A program made the translations under genes and the position numbers. 64,000 bases of DNA from Macrostomum hystrix (Eukaryota > Animalia > Platyhelminthes), in assembly GCA_950097015.1 (NCBI GenBank), contig CATNEN010000025.1, forward strand, positions 248,001 to 312,000, in the 5' to 3' direction. Positions 24,791-38,946 of the stretch are shown here, in pieces; the first letter of the stretch is position 1; each line of letters opens with the position of its first letter. The notes under the pieces were generated by a model. That model was given only the letters and a program-made list of their open reading frames with translations, had not been told where the DNA came from and ran no database searches.

Positions 24791-25904
24791 CAAACCCATC
24801 AACTACCGAATTTAAACCAGCGTTCAAAACTTTGAAATTCTGAAAACTTACTCGTAGAACAGTAAAACAATCTATGGTTCAAGTTCCTAACTTTCGCACA
24901 TCCTCGATCACGCCTGCAATATTCTTCGAAACTTTTTATTTCCTTTTCGAGTTTTTTGTTTTTGGGGAGTAATGTAATATTCCAATCTAACATGTGTGCT
25001 CGGAATGTATGCTAGCTGTGCCTAGAACCGCGTGCATTGGCCCAACCAATTATCTGCCTGCGATATGTACGAGTACATCGATATGCCAATCGATAGTTGC
25101 ACCAACCCCCGGTTTGCTCAAATAAAAAGAGGCATACTTGGCCAACTGGGGCCTTACGTTTTCTTCGCACCACACTAAACTACTCTCGTGCGGACTTCAT
25201 ACTTTACACCAATCATCAAACAATTAAGAACATTAGTAGACAATCCAAGAATTAACAAAAATGCTGCTTTTACTTGTGCAAAGCAATTTCAAATTCAAAA
25301 GGCACTTATTATTAAATATTATCAACCTTGCATGATTAAGCAAGGCACTGTTCCAGTAAAATAGAAGCTATCAACTTAAGTTCAATCTTGACACCTTTAG
25401 AGCAAAGCAGACTATTTCATCAAGTAAATTTAGATCAAAGCTAATTAGGAACTAATTGCCTTGCAACAAATGAATTAATATTTCAGGGTTTAATATATAA
25501 TACTCCAACAATAAATTATAGTTACTGCCTTCCAATCTTACCAACTTGAAGTATTTCTCTAGCATTGATTAGTAATATTATTCAGATCTGCAATTCGTGG
25601 TTTATTTATTTACGTATTTCCTAATTAGTCTTAGTTGCAGTGCTGCGACATGCTGAATTTTTTGTTTGTGCGTGCTTGCGTTTTTTTTAAATCCTATAAA
25701 TATACTACAGTCTCTGTATTAAAATACAAAATGCAGCTAAGTACATGTACAAATTAAAATAAATTAGTAGTGAAACTAAAAAGGAATTGACTAACTTGAT
25801 GCATAATGGTTATTAATTTTTTTAAAAGCCAAAAAAATCGCAACTGAGGGAACTTATAATAATAATAATAATAAATAAACAATAATATGGCACTTTTGGG
25901 GACC

Positions 25905-25995
25905 TTTCTTAATTTGGACCCTAAAAACGTCCGTAATATCGACGCTCCGTACCCTTAAATACGGACCCTTTTTCGGACCCTTCCAATTTACAGTG
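25905..25995. repeat. Orphan CACTG-type transposon end with GGACCC/TCCG subterminal repeats
   Basis: Ends ..TTCCAATTTACAGTG; clustered GGACCC and CCGTA motifs; partner end not found. Confidence 0.4.
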
Positions 25996-27169
25996 TAGTT
26001 TAGCACGACTCTTAACTAATCCCGTACGGAAATTCGACGTCGCCCAGCGGTCGGACGGACGTCGAAATTAGACGATCACTTTTCTTGCAATTTTGAAAGA
26101 TACGAGCTGTCTGTCATTTAAAAAAACAGTTTTCAGTTGATTTTTTTGAAGTTAAATAATTATTTTAACTGTCTTTCCTCATTTTCAGGTGGAACGAAAA
26201 ATATCGTCTGTTTTTAGTCGGTCGATAGACGTCGGATTTCAACTGCAATGCGACGAGTACTAGATGAACTCTTTTTAAAAAACAGAATGTAACTGAAAAA
26301 GGCCTAAGTATTTTTATAGTTTAGAGATCAAAGACGTTTTTGTATTTCAAGGTTTGATCTTAACACTGTTCTATAGAAAAACTGTATTGTTTGTTATAAC
26401 ATTTTGATTTAAAAGGTTTTATTTCTGTTTTCGCTTTAACTTTCCAATTTAATTATACTTGATTAATGCTCCACAGTATCAACGTCTGTGTCACTGTCAG
26501 TGCGGCAATTGAAGTCACCGATGATAATTAAATTTATTTCCACTATAATCTGCTAATCATGGAAAACATTTTTGTTTTAAAACTGACGTAAACAGACCGG
26601 AAGACTTTTTAGACCTGATTGATAATACTAATTGGTGTAAAATAAAAAATGTTAGCATTAAACAGATTCATTTGTTAATTGAAGTTTTGTTTTTGAGATT
26701 TGGTCTATTAGGACTATATTTATTTATTTAATTAGAAATCTTAATCAATTGAAACAACTATATTTTAGCAATAGAATTCACAATTGTTTATGAATATATG
26801 CTTTTTTACTCTAAATACAGCTTAGTGGTTAAAGTTATTGTGTAAGAAATACCTATAAATGACTATAACTCTACTATGACCATAGGCTACTATATTGATA
26901 GCTACTTCAATGTTGTTGTTATTACTAAATTAGCATCTATTTTATTTCATAAGTTAGGTATATAGATTCTAGAATATTAGATTATATGCATTTAGATTAG
27001 CTATTAATTCAAAATAAAAAAGTGTTTTTCAGCTATCTGACTGAAGGGGAGTTTAAATTTCAAAATATCTTCCCAGCGTTGGGAAGCACGCCAAGTAAAC
27101 AAGTTCTTAAAAATCCAAAATGAAGATTCATCCCAAAGTGCTTTTTCTGATGAGGCTTCTAATAATTCT

Positions 27170-29278
27170 ATGACAAACTGGCCAATTAATATGAACCACA
27201 ATGAACAAATTCAAGGTTCAAATTCTATGCAGCATTTTGTATCAGGCCAAAATCAAGAAACACATGAAACTACTGACTATGCTAATGAGCCAAGTAATGA
27301 TTCCAATATTTCTAGTTCTGCTGCTAGTTATGACACATCTTTTTCAAGCATCTCAAACATTTCTTTGGATCAATTGAATGAAGACTTGGCTATTCAAAAA
27401 GAACTTCATGATTGGGCTACAACCTGCAATATTAAGCTAGATGATTTGACTTCACTGTTGAAGATTTTGAAGAAAAGAATTCCAAGTTTGCCTACTACTG
27501 GAAAAACATTACCCAAGTCTTCTTTAGAAGATAAAGAACTTTCTAATTTTGTTGATGTTCATCCAGGCAAATATTGCCATTTTGGAGTTATCAAAGGAAT
27601 CAAGTTCATTTTCTCAACCATTAAAGGACAATCCAACTTTCAACTTGCTCAAGAATTTACTTTGTCATTGAGCATTGATGGAGTGCCTCTTTTTCAAAGT
27701 TCTGTTTCTGGACTATGGACTATTCTTGGTGCTATTAATGAAGTGCCAAACTCTGTATTCATTATTGGACTTTATTATGGAAGCAACAAGCCTGACTCTT
27801 CAAATGCATTTTTGAAACATCTTTGCCAAGATCTACTTGCTATCAGCAATGAGCCACTTTGCATTGATGGTTATCAGCTAAGTATAACTTTGAAATGGAT
27901 TGTTTGTGACATGCCAGCTAAGAAGTTTGTAAAAAATACTGCTGGTGTAACTGGCTATTTTTCGTGTGATCAATGTACTACTCGTGGGCAACACAGTGAA
28001 GTATCTAAAAGTGTTGTATTTCCAGAAACAAATGCTTTAAGGTGCACTGACCAATCATTTCGTTCTCGTGCTCAAGAAGAGCATCATCGAACAGGGTTTC
28101 CAAGCTCTGAATTTGTGTCTTTGGCAATAGACATGAATGATTCATTTACAATGGATTCATTGCATGTGCTCTACAAAGGTGTCTAATTAAAAGTTTTATT
28201 GCTTCTTCATACTGGTCCATTCCACCTGAATGGTGCTTGTGAGAAAGAATTAAGCTGCCTTTTAAATCAAATTGGAAGGTATGTTCCTTCAGACTTTCAA
28301 AGAAAACCTAAGGCATTTAAGCATATTCGACTCTGGAAGGCAACGGAACTCAGATTTTTTACTATATATCTTATTCCACTTGTGTTGCCTCGCTTTATGC
28401 CTAAGGATAACCCACGTTTGATGGATTTGTTTTTGTGCTTGCATTTAATTGCAGTGCTACTGAATAGCCAAAATGTTATCCATAACCAGGAATGCATCTT
28501 AGATAGAATATTGTGTGACTTCTACTCTTGTGTCAATGATCTTTTTGGAAATAGCTTCTACAGTCCTGTTGTGCATGGTCTTCAACACCTTGTAGAGGAC
28601 TATAAAGTGCATGGGCCCATTGAACAGTTCTCTTCATTCATCTTCGAAAATTTCAATCGCTATATCAAGAAAGCTGTTCGATCACCTCATTTGCCTTTAG
28701 AGCAAATTAGCAACAGAGTTTTGGAGACTAATCAATGCCTTGGCAGGCTGACCATTGATAATACTACCTTTCCACTGGTGTCCAGACAGCACTATACCAG
28801 GCTTTATGAATTACCAGAGTTCTGTAGGGAGCATGCTATGTTCAAGCAAGTTGTGCTAAGCAAGGGCCTGAAGCTGTCACTAAAGCAACGAGATGCTTTC
28901 TTCACTATTAGAGATAATAATGGCATGTTTAAAGCCTGCAAGTTGATCAATATTCTGCAAAATATCTCCACTCAAGAGACATTGCTAGCATATCAACAGT
29001 TCTCTTTTTATGAAAGCTTCTATAATCTACCACTGGAGTCGTCCAAATTAGGAATTTATCGCCTCTCGGGACTACAAAGGCGAATTCAAGTTTTGGATGC
29101 ACATTTTGTGCAGTCCAAGCTTTTTGCTGTGCCTCAAAAGGACTCTGAATATTATGCATGTACAGTCCTTCATACACTTCGGTACTTTACTTTTTTACAT
29201 CCTATTTTTGTGTTATTTGACTTTTATTTAGTTGAATACTTTGCTTTGTATGCTAAAATTTTCAGATGTTCTCCATGA
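27170..29278 (+). pseudogene. EnSpm transposase with one in-frame stop (TAA 28184-28186)
   Basis: ORFs 27170-28186 and 28199-29278 in the same frame; SIDGVPLFQSS, VCDMPAK, CDQC, MDSLHVLYKGV, WKATELR, VHGLQHL, FENFN, ESSKLGIY. Confidence 0.9.
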
Positions 29279-31472
29279 TCGAGTTTTATGAGGAGCCGGG
29301 TGAACCCACGGCCGTTGTTCCGTCTTCATGGGTTCGTGATGACCAATCATTTTTCCCGCCAAAACATCTGTACCGGAAGTTGAATGAATTCTGCCGTGAT
29401 CAAGTACCGCCGGGTCTTGAATGGGAATGCTATAAGACTAATGTAATCTATTCTGATGGTCAGTCAATGGAGTCAATATTTCTTATTTACTTTTCCATTC
29501 TTCCCATATGTGCATTCGACTTTCTCCTTTTGATCACTTTTTGCAAGATAACATCGAGAAGCTGCGACGGTTGGAAAAGCGATATTCCCAGAAGGGAACT
29601 CTTAGTGAGAGCGAACGCGAATCGCGTGGACGAAATCGATGCCCTCCTGTTCGACTCTCTGATGAATATGAGCCACCCGCTAAAAAGAAGTTGCCCTCCG
29701 AGCATCGCCAAGGCGCCCATTCAAGTTCCGTCAAATCATCCGTTTTAATGGGATCGACATTGACAGTGATTTCAGAGGACCTTGAATCGGTATGTAACGT
29801 CTACATAAAAAAGTTAAATGTTGATTTAATATTTATTTTAAAGTCTGATTTCATTTGGTCAATGTCTTTAGCTATCAGCGTTGTGCCTGAATAAATGTAT
29901 GTATGTACGAGTATATATATGCTATATGCCTATATTTCACCACAGGCTCTACTTTTAACTCTTATTAGGTCAGCCAGATGAACTCGCGCAACTCCATTGC
30001 TGCAGACATGCTCCAACGCTCCAACTCCAATGCTCAAACGACTGCTGTCGTGGGAGCCAGCAGGAGTGTAGCTGCAACTTCTCGTCATGAAGTCGTGCCT
30101 CCGGCACCTCCGAGAATGAGCCTGAGCCTGGGGAGCACTTCCGCAGACTTGGGGCCCTCGGAGATCCGTCAAACGCCGTTACTGGATGGTGTAAGAACTT
30201 TAAGGGTTCATACCACATGATTCAGAAAAGCTTTTGTAATCTATATTCTACTTCGATTGGGGTCTCAACTCAGTATAAAATGAGTGCAAGCTTTGTCTGT
30301 TTAATTAAAAGCTCTGGTATAAACTTACATTTGGGCCATGCATAAGAGTAATGTGTGTCAGACTGGCTAGGCGAGGAGGTAGAGAAAATTTTAAGTTACA
30401 TTGCACTGCATTTTTCATGGACCAATCGCTAAGCAGCAACGCGGAGCAGTCGATTCTACTGCACCTAATGGAGCTGCTTGTTCTACCGAAGAGCTGCAGG
30501 ATTTCGTTTTTGGCGGAAACTTGGCCAACAATAATTCCTGCCAGTGTGCCAACATTCAACGTGAGTTCTTGTATTTTGGGGCATGAATCTGAAGTTTAGT
30601 GGTAGGGTACGCTCGTAACGTCTCCAACACAAATACTTTTAAATATTGTTTCAGAGTGGTTTCGCAAACTGCTGCTTCGAATTAACGACATTGAGCGGAA
30701 GCAATGCAACATTCACGATGTTTTATCCCGCATTTTGGAAGCAATGCCAAATATGGCGGCCTCAAACGCTGCTGAAGCGGGCCAACCAACTTTACTGGCT
30801 GGCTTACCTATGTCATCGGCCGAAGCCATTATCGAACTCGGCGAAGAGGCCATTCGCAACGAAACTTTACCCAGCTGGTATGTTTGTGTTTAACAATTTT
30901 TTCGATTTCTTCTTCTGACGCAAATATCTTGCCGTTGCAAGTTTTTTGCTTCTCCTATACCACAAAATATTTTAGAAACAGCTGGCCCGCTATGTTTGCT
31001 GCTCTGACGTTCGCCGATCAATTCGGGATTTCTTTCTCCGCCTTGCTCCACCAGATGTTTGGCGAAAGTTTAACCTCCAAGGCCGCAAAAAGAAGATGGC
31101 AATCCCTAAGAGGATTGTCTCTGCAATGGAAGGTATCAGTTTTAAAGAACTGTACTGTGACAGAATCTAAATTTTACGACAATGGGCATATCACTTCATT
31201 CAGCTATATATATATACAGAAGAAAGGAAGGTTTCAGTCACCCCATCTTTGCATTTTCAGCTGCAATTCTATCTTCGCAGACACTAAAGCGCCAATTGAG
31301 CAGCAAGCAATCGGTTTCGTCTGTCATTGGCGACGTCTTCAAGCATATTGGCGAAAAATGCCAGGACTCCGAACCAGCCGTACCTTCTAATCCAATCAAT
31401 GCGTCCTCCTCGGATAGCGAATTAAACGAAAAAACTGGACGGCGACTGAGTTTTCAAACAGTTTTTTATTAA
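29275..31472 (+). CDS. Second gene of EnSpm element 3 (DUF4806-like, spliced)
   Basis: MIEFYEEPGEPTAVVPSSWV..FPP..W N-terminus; multiple small introns; ends IGDVFKHIGEK plus low-complexity tail. Exon structure not fully resolved. Confidence 0.6.
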
Positions 31473-33639
31473 ATGGATTCGTCTAAATTGCCTTTGTCCT
31501 TGAGGGAGCTATTTTTCTTTGTTAAATTCGAGTCAGTTAGAAACTAGCAACTTCTATATAACAAATTATGCAGAGTTCGAAATCGATAATACACACAAAA
31601 GTGGGACATTTTGCTTTGGCAAATACATGTATTCTACTTATACTGCAGTAGTTTAAGGAAATGCTCTCTATAATGCGGCAAACATGCCGATTAAGGAACT
31701 GAATATTCTAATTTTTATCTCGGCTTAAGCTCCATTTTTGTAACAAAGCAAAAATTGTTTATTGTTTGTGTTTTGTCGTGCAAGACCACGTTGATGTGCG
31801 ATTCACATTCCCTAAATTTCACGCTCCCTAAATGTCACATTTCCGAAATTTAGTTTCTATATAAATGCATACGATCTAAGACCAAGTCTCTCGCATTTAG
31901 GGGATATGAAATCTCTTGCATTTAAGAGTTGGGAAATTTAGGGAATGTGAAACGCACGCCCCGGTCAGCTAGTGAAGGCCCTGAAAGGGATGTTAGTAGA
32001 CTTCGGCTCTAAAAGTCTGTTTTTGTTTTTGTACGTTTGTAGGAGAAGAAATAAACTGCAAACTGTTCAAGTTCAAGTTCAAGAAGAATTAAAAAACATT
32101 TTGCTCACACAGCACATGGCGTGTTTAGTGTGCGGTTGCTGTCATTCTAACATTTACCTTTTGCGACTTAGAAGCATGGCATATATCAGTGAATACGTCA
32201 CAGGTTTTCTATTCTAAGGTCTTCTAAAATATATGCTTTCAAATTTCGCTCCATATGAATGCAAAATGCAACATTGTAAGACGAATCGAACAAGTCCTTC
32301 GTCGTCAGAATCAAACGTCGGATGGACGTCGCGCTTATGGGAAAAAATTAATATCTTTAGACGTCATTCGACGTCGCTTGCGACGTCTGGCAGACGTCGC
32401 GCTTATGAGAAAACGGTAATGTTACAGAGACGTCGTACGACGTCGGTTAGCGGTCGGTGTCTGACGTCGGTCAGACGTCCGCCGACGTCGAATTTCCGTA
32501 CGGGAATTATGCCTTTGTTGCTCTTAATCTTCATAAGAGTTTTATTATCGTGCCCTTTATACTGATTTATAGACGCTACCCTTGGCAACGGTGCTGTAAC
32601 TGTTGCTGGCGAGATCAAAAAAGCGGATCAAGCCGGCTCAAGATCAAGCGGATGAGGCCAACACTGAAAACTAGAATCGGAGCAGAGCCAGAGTGGGGCC
32701 AGGAAGTCCTTGCGGAGAACAGCGAAAAGGACCAAAATGGTCTTCGTCGACGACTCCGATTGAAACGTAAATCTTTGCCGCCAAACCTGCGTTAGACTGT
32801 TAAACATTTATGAAAAAAAAATATAACTCTATTTTGTTCCTTTTTTACTGGGTTAAATGTTTAAGCACTCATGGATGGTGGAATAGGATGATCGATAATG
32901 GAATGTATCAATAGGATTTTAGGAGCTTGAATTTGAAAAATTTTAAAAACTTATTACGCTAAGAAAGGGAATGTCATGCAGTTGACACTTTGACTGTAAC
33001 CCAAATCAACTGTGACAACTCAAACTTCCGTATTTTCACAACTTGCAGTTGTTACACACAGTGTATACATCGTTATTTTTTATAGTCCGCTTGTTTCGTT
33101 TATTAATACATATTGCTTAAATTTTTTATGCATGCTTCTGCTTTAAAGTTCAAACAAGCAGCTCTTAATTTATAAAATTTTATTTTTTTAATAAAAAGAA
33201 TGTCTGCTACTTAAAACTTTTCTCCTGCGAGTACTATCTGCAATCCAAGAAAACCATCACGATATTTGTTTTGATTTATCATTTATCACGTAAAAATGGT
33301 TCTACTGCAGCGATTATACTCGTACACCGGAACTTAACCCTAGCTGTTACTACTCGTTAAGGGTTAAGCCTTGGAAATGCGCAATTAACGAGTGAAATCT
33401 GTAGATGATAATAAGATTGCTCGATCTAGAAATGATGTAGAATTTATCTGGAGCAATGCAGATTACACTGTCTGTTCGATGTGGATACTCCACGGGGATT
33501 CTATGCTCTAAATCCATATGAAAAAACGGAGACAAATGCATATGTGGAATCCATATTCTAAATCCATGTGGATTCCACATTCCATTTTTCACTGGTTACC
33601 TTTCTTTTTTGGAACTAAACCCCTACAGGCTCTAGGAGC

Positions 33640-34213
33640 AGCATTTTCTTTCTCCGAGTCAGATGGCAATGCTAGCCGGCCGGACGTTGTGGACAACGCG
33701 ACAATCGCCGAAGCTAAGTGGTGGCTGGCCAATCAAGACGAAGAGTTTCGTGTTGCAAAGCAAAAAACAGCGCACATCTATGGCGCCGTGCGAGTCGGCG
33801 TGGATAGTTTTCAAAGCCTCCTTGTGCAATTCTGTGAGAAAAGAGTTCGGGAATCCGACGAGGAGTGCTTGTTTATAACCCGGAGTGGCTGGATGACGAT
33901 GTGGATGCGCCAGCGATCGCTAGAGCCTAAAATTCGTAGAATTACCAACTCGGCTTACCGCAAATAGATCGCAACATGGAGCAAGCTCCTACTCGACCCT
34001 GAAGCTCAGAGAGCGGTTTCAAAGCGACTTGTGCATCGCCAAAATGTGGCGAAACATTTGTACCAGGCAGCAGTTGCTAACGAATCGTTTGCTGCACGAT
34101 TCTCAATTTGTGGGATGCTGTCAACTAGTGTTGATCGCAGTAAAGCAAGCGACCTGGCTGACATAGTCCAGCAAAGTTCCGCGGTTAAAGCTGCCTCGCC
34201 TGGCAAGCGGTGA
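33640..34213 (+). pseudogene. Tyrosine recombinase catalytic-domain relic
   Basis: One frame with a single TAG (33965-33967): KQKTAHIYG, LFITRSG, ITNSAYRK-IAT, LVHRQNVAKHLYQ, matching K / xxxRK / H / Y motif order of metazoan YRs. Confidence 0.65.
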
Positions 34214-35430
34214 TTGTTGCCACCTACACCTTCGAGTCTGAGTCAGATCACGAGTCGAGTTGGAGAGGACACAGAAGCAAGGCAGCCAAGACCAGAGGGA
34301 CCAACAAGGCAGCCAAGACCAGGGGACCAACAAGGCAGCCAAGACCAGAGGGATTAAAAAGGTAGCCAAGACCAAATGGACCAACAAGGCAGATAAGACC
34401 ACTGCAGCTGACAATGGGAAGGAGAATGATAATGATGCCTACATTTTGTGAGACATAAAATTTTAGACAAAAATTATGTACAAGGAATTTTCGAATGATA
34501 AAGTGCATAAAACTATAGGTTCGTATATTTACAGGCATTTTAGAATGATATAGTGCCTCAAGTTATAGGTCATAGGTCATATGTTAAACGATTATAGGAA
34601 TCCTTAATTTTTTGTACTGCTATCAGTTATTTAACTCTCATTTAAATGATATAAGTGATTTTTTACTGGTATTCATGATCATGAGTTTTTGTCTGTCCAA
34701 ATTACTATTTCCAGTTTGTTTTTTTAAATGATTTTGCTATTTTCACTTATAATTTACATTTTCTTTCCCAAAAGTACAAGTTTATCATCTTTGCATTATG
34801 CTTATCGTGTGCAACAAAAGCTGTCTTATTTTAGAAGTTGTCTTATCTTATGTTAGAAGTTGCAAGTCTGCCGAGCAAGACTCGGGATCAGATGTCGGGA
34901 TACGGCTCAAGTTTTGTCAATTTTCTAGCTGAGCATGGAGCAGCTGTGCACGAATTGACTACTGCCACGCTGGCTGAGTTTCTGAGCTGGAATCCAACGC
35001 AATTTGACATTGATTGCTGGACTTATCATGAACATTCTTAGCGGAGAAGAATTTTCCGGAGCTAATCGACTACCGCTCAAAGTCCGTGAGTGGCAGTCCT
35101 CAGGTGGCCTACTCTATGCATATATTCTATTTTAGTGTATTGCCTAAAGCAGCAGTTAGCTTAAAGAAAAACTATCAATGGTCTAGATGAGTGTTGACTT
35201 TTTTCTCTAGCACTTTTATTTGCTGAGTTATGGCTTATCACGCGGTGATCTCTATGGGCATAAATTGCGATTTCACTAGCTGCGGAAGACAGGTCGCAGT
35301 CTAAAGCCGCAAATTGCAGCATCAAATCTCAGTCAATCCTGCAATCCCTCTGCTTAATTAGTCTTTAAGCAATTAGTTCAACAGTTGGCACAAGTTAACC
35401 GTTCAGCTAAATATTGCTAAAAAACACAAG

Positions 35431-36290
35431 ATGGCATCAGCTTCAAAGCAAGACCTCAAACCAGCAATGCGTGGTGTCATTCGCTTCTGGATCGACAGCG
35501 GACGCACATATGCGGCTGACATGCACGCAGAGCTTGTTGCGACATATGGAGAGGCGTGCCAAGCGAACCGACTGTCCGACGGTGGGTACGCGAGTTTAAA
35601 GAGGACCGTACCTCCCTTGACGACATAGCACCTGGCCTATCTGGCTCCACGCCGGCGCAGGTGCGCGCCCGTCTGCAAAGCGTTCTCGCTGTTGAAGCTG
35701 CTGTAAAAGCTGCGCCTAAGAGCTCACTTCGCAGGCTTTCTGCCACTGTTGGCCTTTCAAATCCATATGTGCACGAGATTCTCAAGACCGATCTTGGGCT
35801 GTCCCGCCTCTTCTTTCGATGGATTCCCCGCATCCTCACGCCAGAGCAGAAGAGTCGACGTGTCGAGGTTGCGCACGCGCTGCAAGCTGCCTACACTCTC
35901 GAGGGTCAGCATTTCCTTGACAAGATCATAACGTGCGACGAGACGTGGCTGCCCTTTTTGAGTCGGCTGGCAAGCAGAAAGACGCTGAGTGGTGTGTGCG
36001 AGGCTCAAACTCGCCAACGAAGCCTCGGCAGACGTGGACAAAGAAGATCATGATCTCTCTCTTCTTCGATGGCCAAGGTCCCCTGCTGGTCGACTTTCTG
36101 CAGGATGGCAAGACCATCAACTCAGTGCACTACCAGGAACAGCTTGAGCGCCTCAAGGTGGCTGTTATTGCGAATCGACGCGGCACGTGGCGAAGCGGTC
36201 GTGCGCTTCTCCATGACAACGCTCGCCCACATACCGCCATGGCAACCATCGCAAAGCTCAACGAGATCGGGCTCGACGTGCTGGACCACG
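35431..36290 (+). pseudogene. mariner transposase pseudogene, 3' truncated
   Basis: TVRRWVREFK, RWIPRILT, ITCDETW, LLHDNARPHTA; stop at 35626-35628, frameshift near 35950, breaks at LDH before YSPDL. Confidence 0.85.
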
Positions 36291-38946
36291 TGTTGTGAGC
36301 TGCGTCTCATAACGACCTTGCCCCGACCCCTGCGTCTCCAGCCCTTCCACCCCAGCCGCCTGCTCAATCTGGTTCTGCCCGGCTCCGGCTTAGGCCACCC
36401 TCCGTTGGCGTGTTTGTCGTTTGTCGTTCGCCCATTGACTGTCCCCTATGCCGTCCTCGCTAGTCCAATCAGGCCTCTCGCCAAGGAGGCTTCTGATTGG
36501 CTAGCCGGTCTCCTTCTCTCTCTCTCTCTCTCTCGGCTTGCAGCCGACCCCAGCCCAGCCCTGTTTGCTACCACCCCAGCCCTGCGTGGCTTAGCCCTAC
36601 CCCGTCCAGCCCTATGCCCTCACCCCACCCCACGCGGTTATTTATTTGCGCGCGCTGCCCGTGGCCAGCCCCGCGCCTCCAGAGTACTAGGGCGAGAACG
36701 TTGGCGAAGCTAATACAACATTAGAAAGTAGAATCCATAATAAACTACGCAGCCTGAAGCACAATTTATTGCATGAGTTCCACGTTCAACCCCTCCCGGT
36801 AAGAAAAGCATTCACGCGTTATTTATTTCTTTATTATCGAATCTTGTTCCTCTGCCCAACCTCGGCTGCTGCCAAAAACTCACCATCATCCTTCTCCTCC
36901 AGAGTCTTCCTCGAGTCTGCGAAGTGTCGGTACGCTTCCAGACCATCATCTACCTCTCTCTTGGGCTGTCGAGTGGCTACCCGCTAAACAGTTGGAGCTA
37001 AGTGTGCACTCTACCTTAAGCAGTCCCACAGATAAAGATTTGTGGAGTTTAAAACAGCCTTTTCAGGTCCACCAATTATTTAAAGTGTTTGGTAAAGGAT
37101 AGGAAAATACATATGTTAAGTAGAGAGTAAAATGGCCTAGAATAAAAACTACCTAAAGAGATTAAATTGAGAGTGTAGGCCTGCTTACACAGGCAAAAAA
37201 TCCGTCTTTCAAATTTTTTAATCAATTGAATATTGCATTATTTTACTTCTAATAGCTCTTGAGAATGGTGTTTTAAGTGTAATAGATTAAATTACTCGTA
37301 ATAAAAATGTAATTTGAAATTCACATATTTTAGTCATTGTATATGACAATTGTCATTGTCATTAATATGATATTTCAAAGTATAACAACAACAAAAATCT
37401 ATAAGAAAATTCAGGTAGGTACTATATATACATATTTTTCTGCTTCTGCTCCTTTACCTGGACATATAAAAAGATAGCTATTTGTCTGGTTAACTGGACA
37501 AATATCCAAGATGGCTAATTGTCTGAATGTCCAATTAACAAGACAAATAACAACTGCCTAACATTTTATCCATAGTGCAAAAGGATGGGTATACTCCGGA
37601 AGTTTCTGTCGTTCACAAAGATAGCCTGTTGTACATGTCATACACAAAGAAAATGTTTGGGGTGCATGTTGTACACTGTCGTACATTAAATTATGTTTAA
37701 AGTTATGTCGCCCAAATGTGAGTTGAGTTGTCATTGTTGTACACAAAGTAAAGTGCAATTGTTAGTTGTTACAATTTATCAGGAAGCAAAATTTTAAAGT
37801 TTTTAATGTTACATTTTTACTTAATTTTCTATTCCATTAATTTAAGAAAAATATATATAGCCTTAAAAGAAATCTTGCTTTTAATTTCCTTTTTTGCAGA
37901 GTAGGGCTATCTGCAAGTTGTGTTTCACAGCGCATCTTTCAAAAAAATGGCACTCTTTAAGTGCCAGTTATGTAGACAGAATGATTTGAATTATATTGTT
38001 GCGAATAGTTTATTAAGAAAGTATTTATTATTATTTTTTATTATTAGCAAATGCTGGTAACACTCCGCGCATGAAAAAGAAATGAAGATGACTTTAAATC
38101 TAATGGAATTAACATATATTACAAACTAAGTTTAACATAAACATACTGTAAAACTAGAAAGTACTATACATACTGTAACATGTTAATGGCTAGATAAATT
38201 AAATTAATCAGTGTACCATTTTGAGGAAAAGGGACAATAATGTTACAATTTAAAAATGACTTTGTCATACAACAGTACTACGCTTATTTGATCCCTGTTG
38301 TACCATCGTACAACAGAATGAAATAGAAAATTACCTTCTGTCATACAAAAAAATCCTTTTGCTCTATGGTATTTTATATATATTCTGAATATATAGGAAT
38401 TTAGTCAATAAGAACTTGGGTTAAACTGGGCAAATTTAGTTCAGTGCAAGCTTGATAGGATTGCTTAAAACCAGTGTGTTCACAATAATAATAATAGGAA
38501 ATTAATAGTGTCTTGCTGCTTGGACAATGGACATTAAATTGCAACAAAAACCATATAATATAATTCTGAAATAAAGGAAAAAATGAATAGTGTATTATAC
38601 AGTAAAATATAGATACAAATTATTATAAAAGCCAATAGTAAATGCAGAAGTGAAATATATAATAGGAATTGATGTAGACCGAAAGCTAGTATGTTTGAAA
38701 ATGTGCGACTTTTCCTATTTTTGTTTAAATTACGTATATTTGTTTTAACGCGAAAATAGTTGTTTGAATACACTGTAAATATTTGTTTAAAATGATACGA
38801 AAATTAGTATAAATACAGGAGTGAAAGCGAGAGAGAAATTAACCTTGTTCAACGCAGTTTGAATCAAAGTTCATATACAATACTCAGAATCGTGTTCTTT
38901 CATTCTTTATAAAACATACGGAGACAAATACAATACTAAGAAAGAT

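Larger units (their letters stand above)
26021..32504 (+). mobile_element. EnSpm/CACTA element 3, complete with both ends
   Basis: TIR CCCGTACGGAAATTCGACGTCG / CGACGTCGAATTTCCGTACGGG, 3-bp TSD AAT, many GACGTC subterminal repeats. Confidence 0.92.

Noticed and set aside
36291-36720. Solo LTR (TGTTG...CAACA) truncating the mariner
   Set aside because: No TSD and no second copy; cannot be supported.
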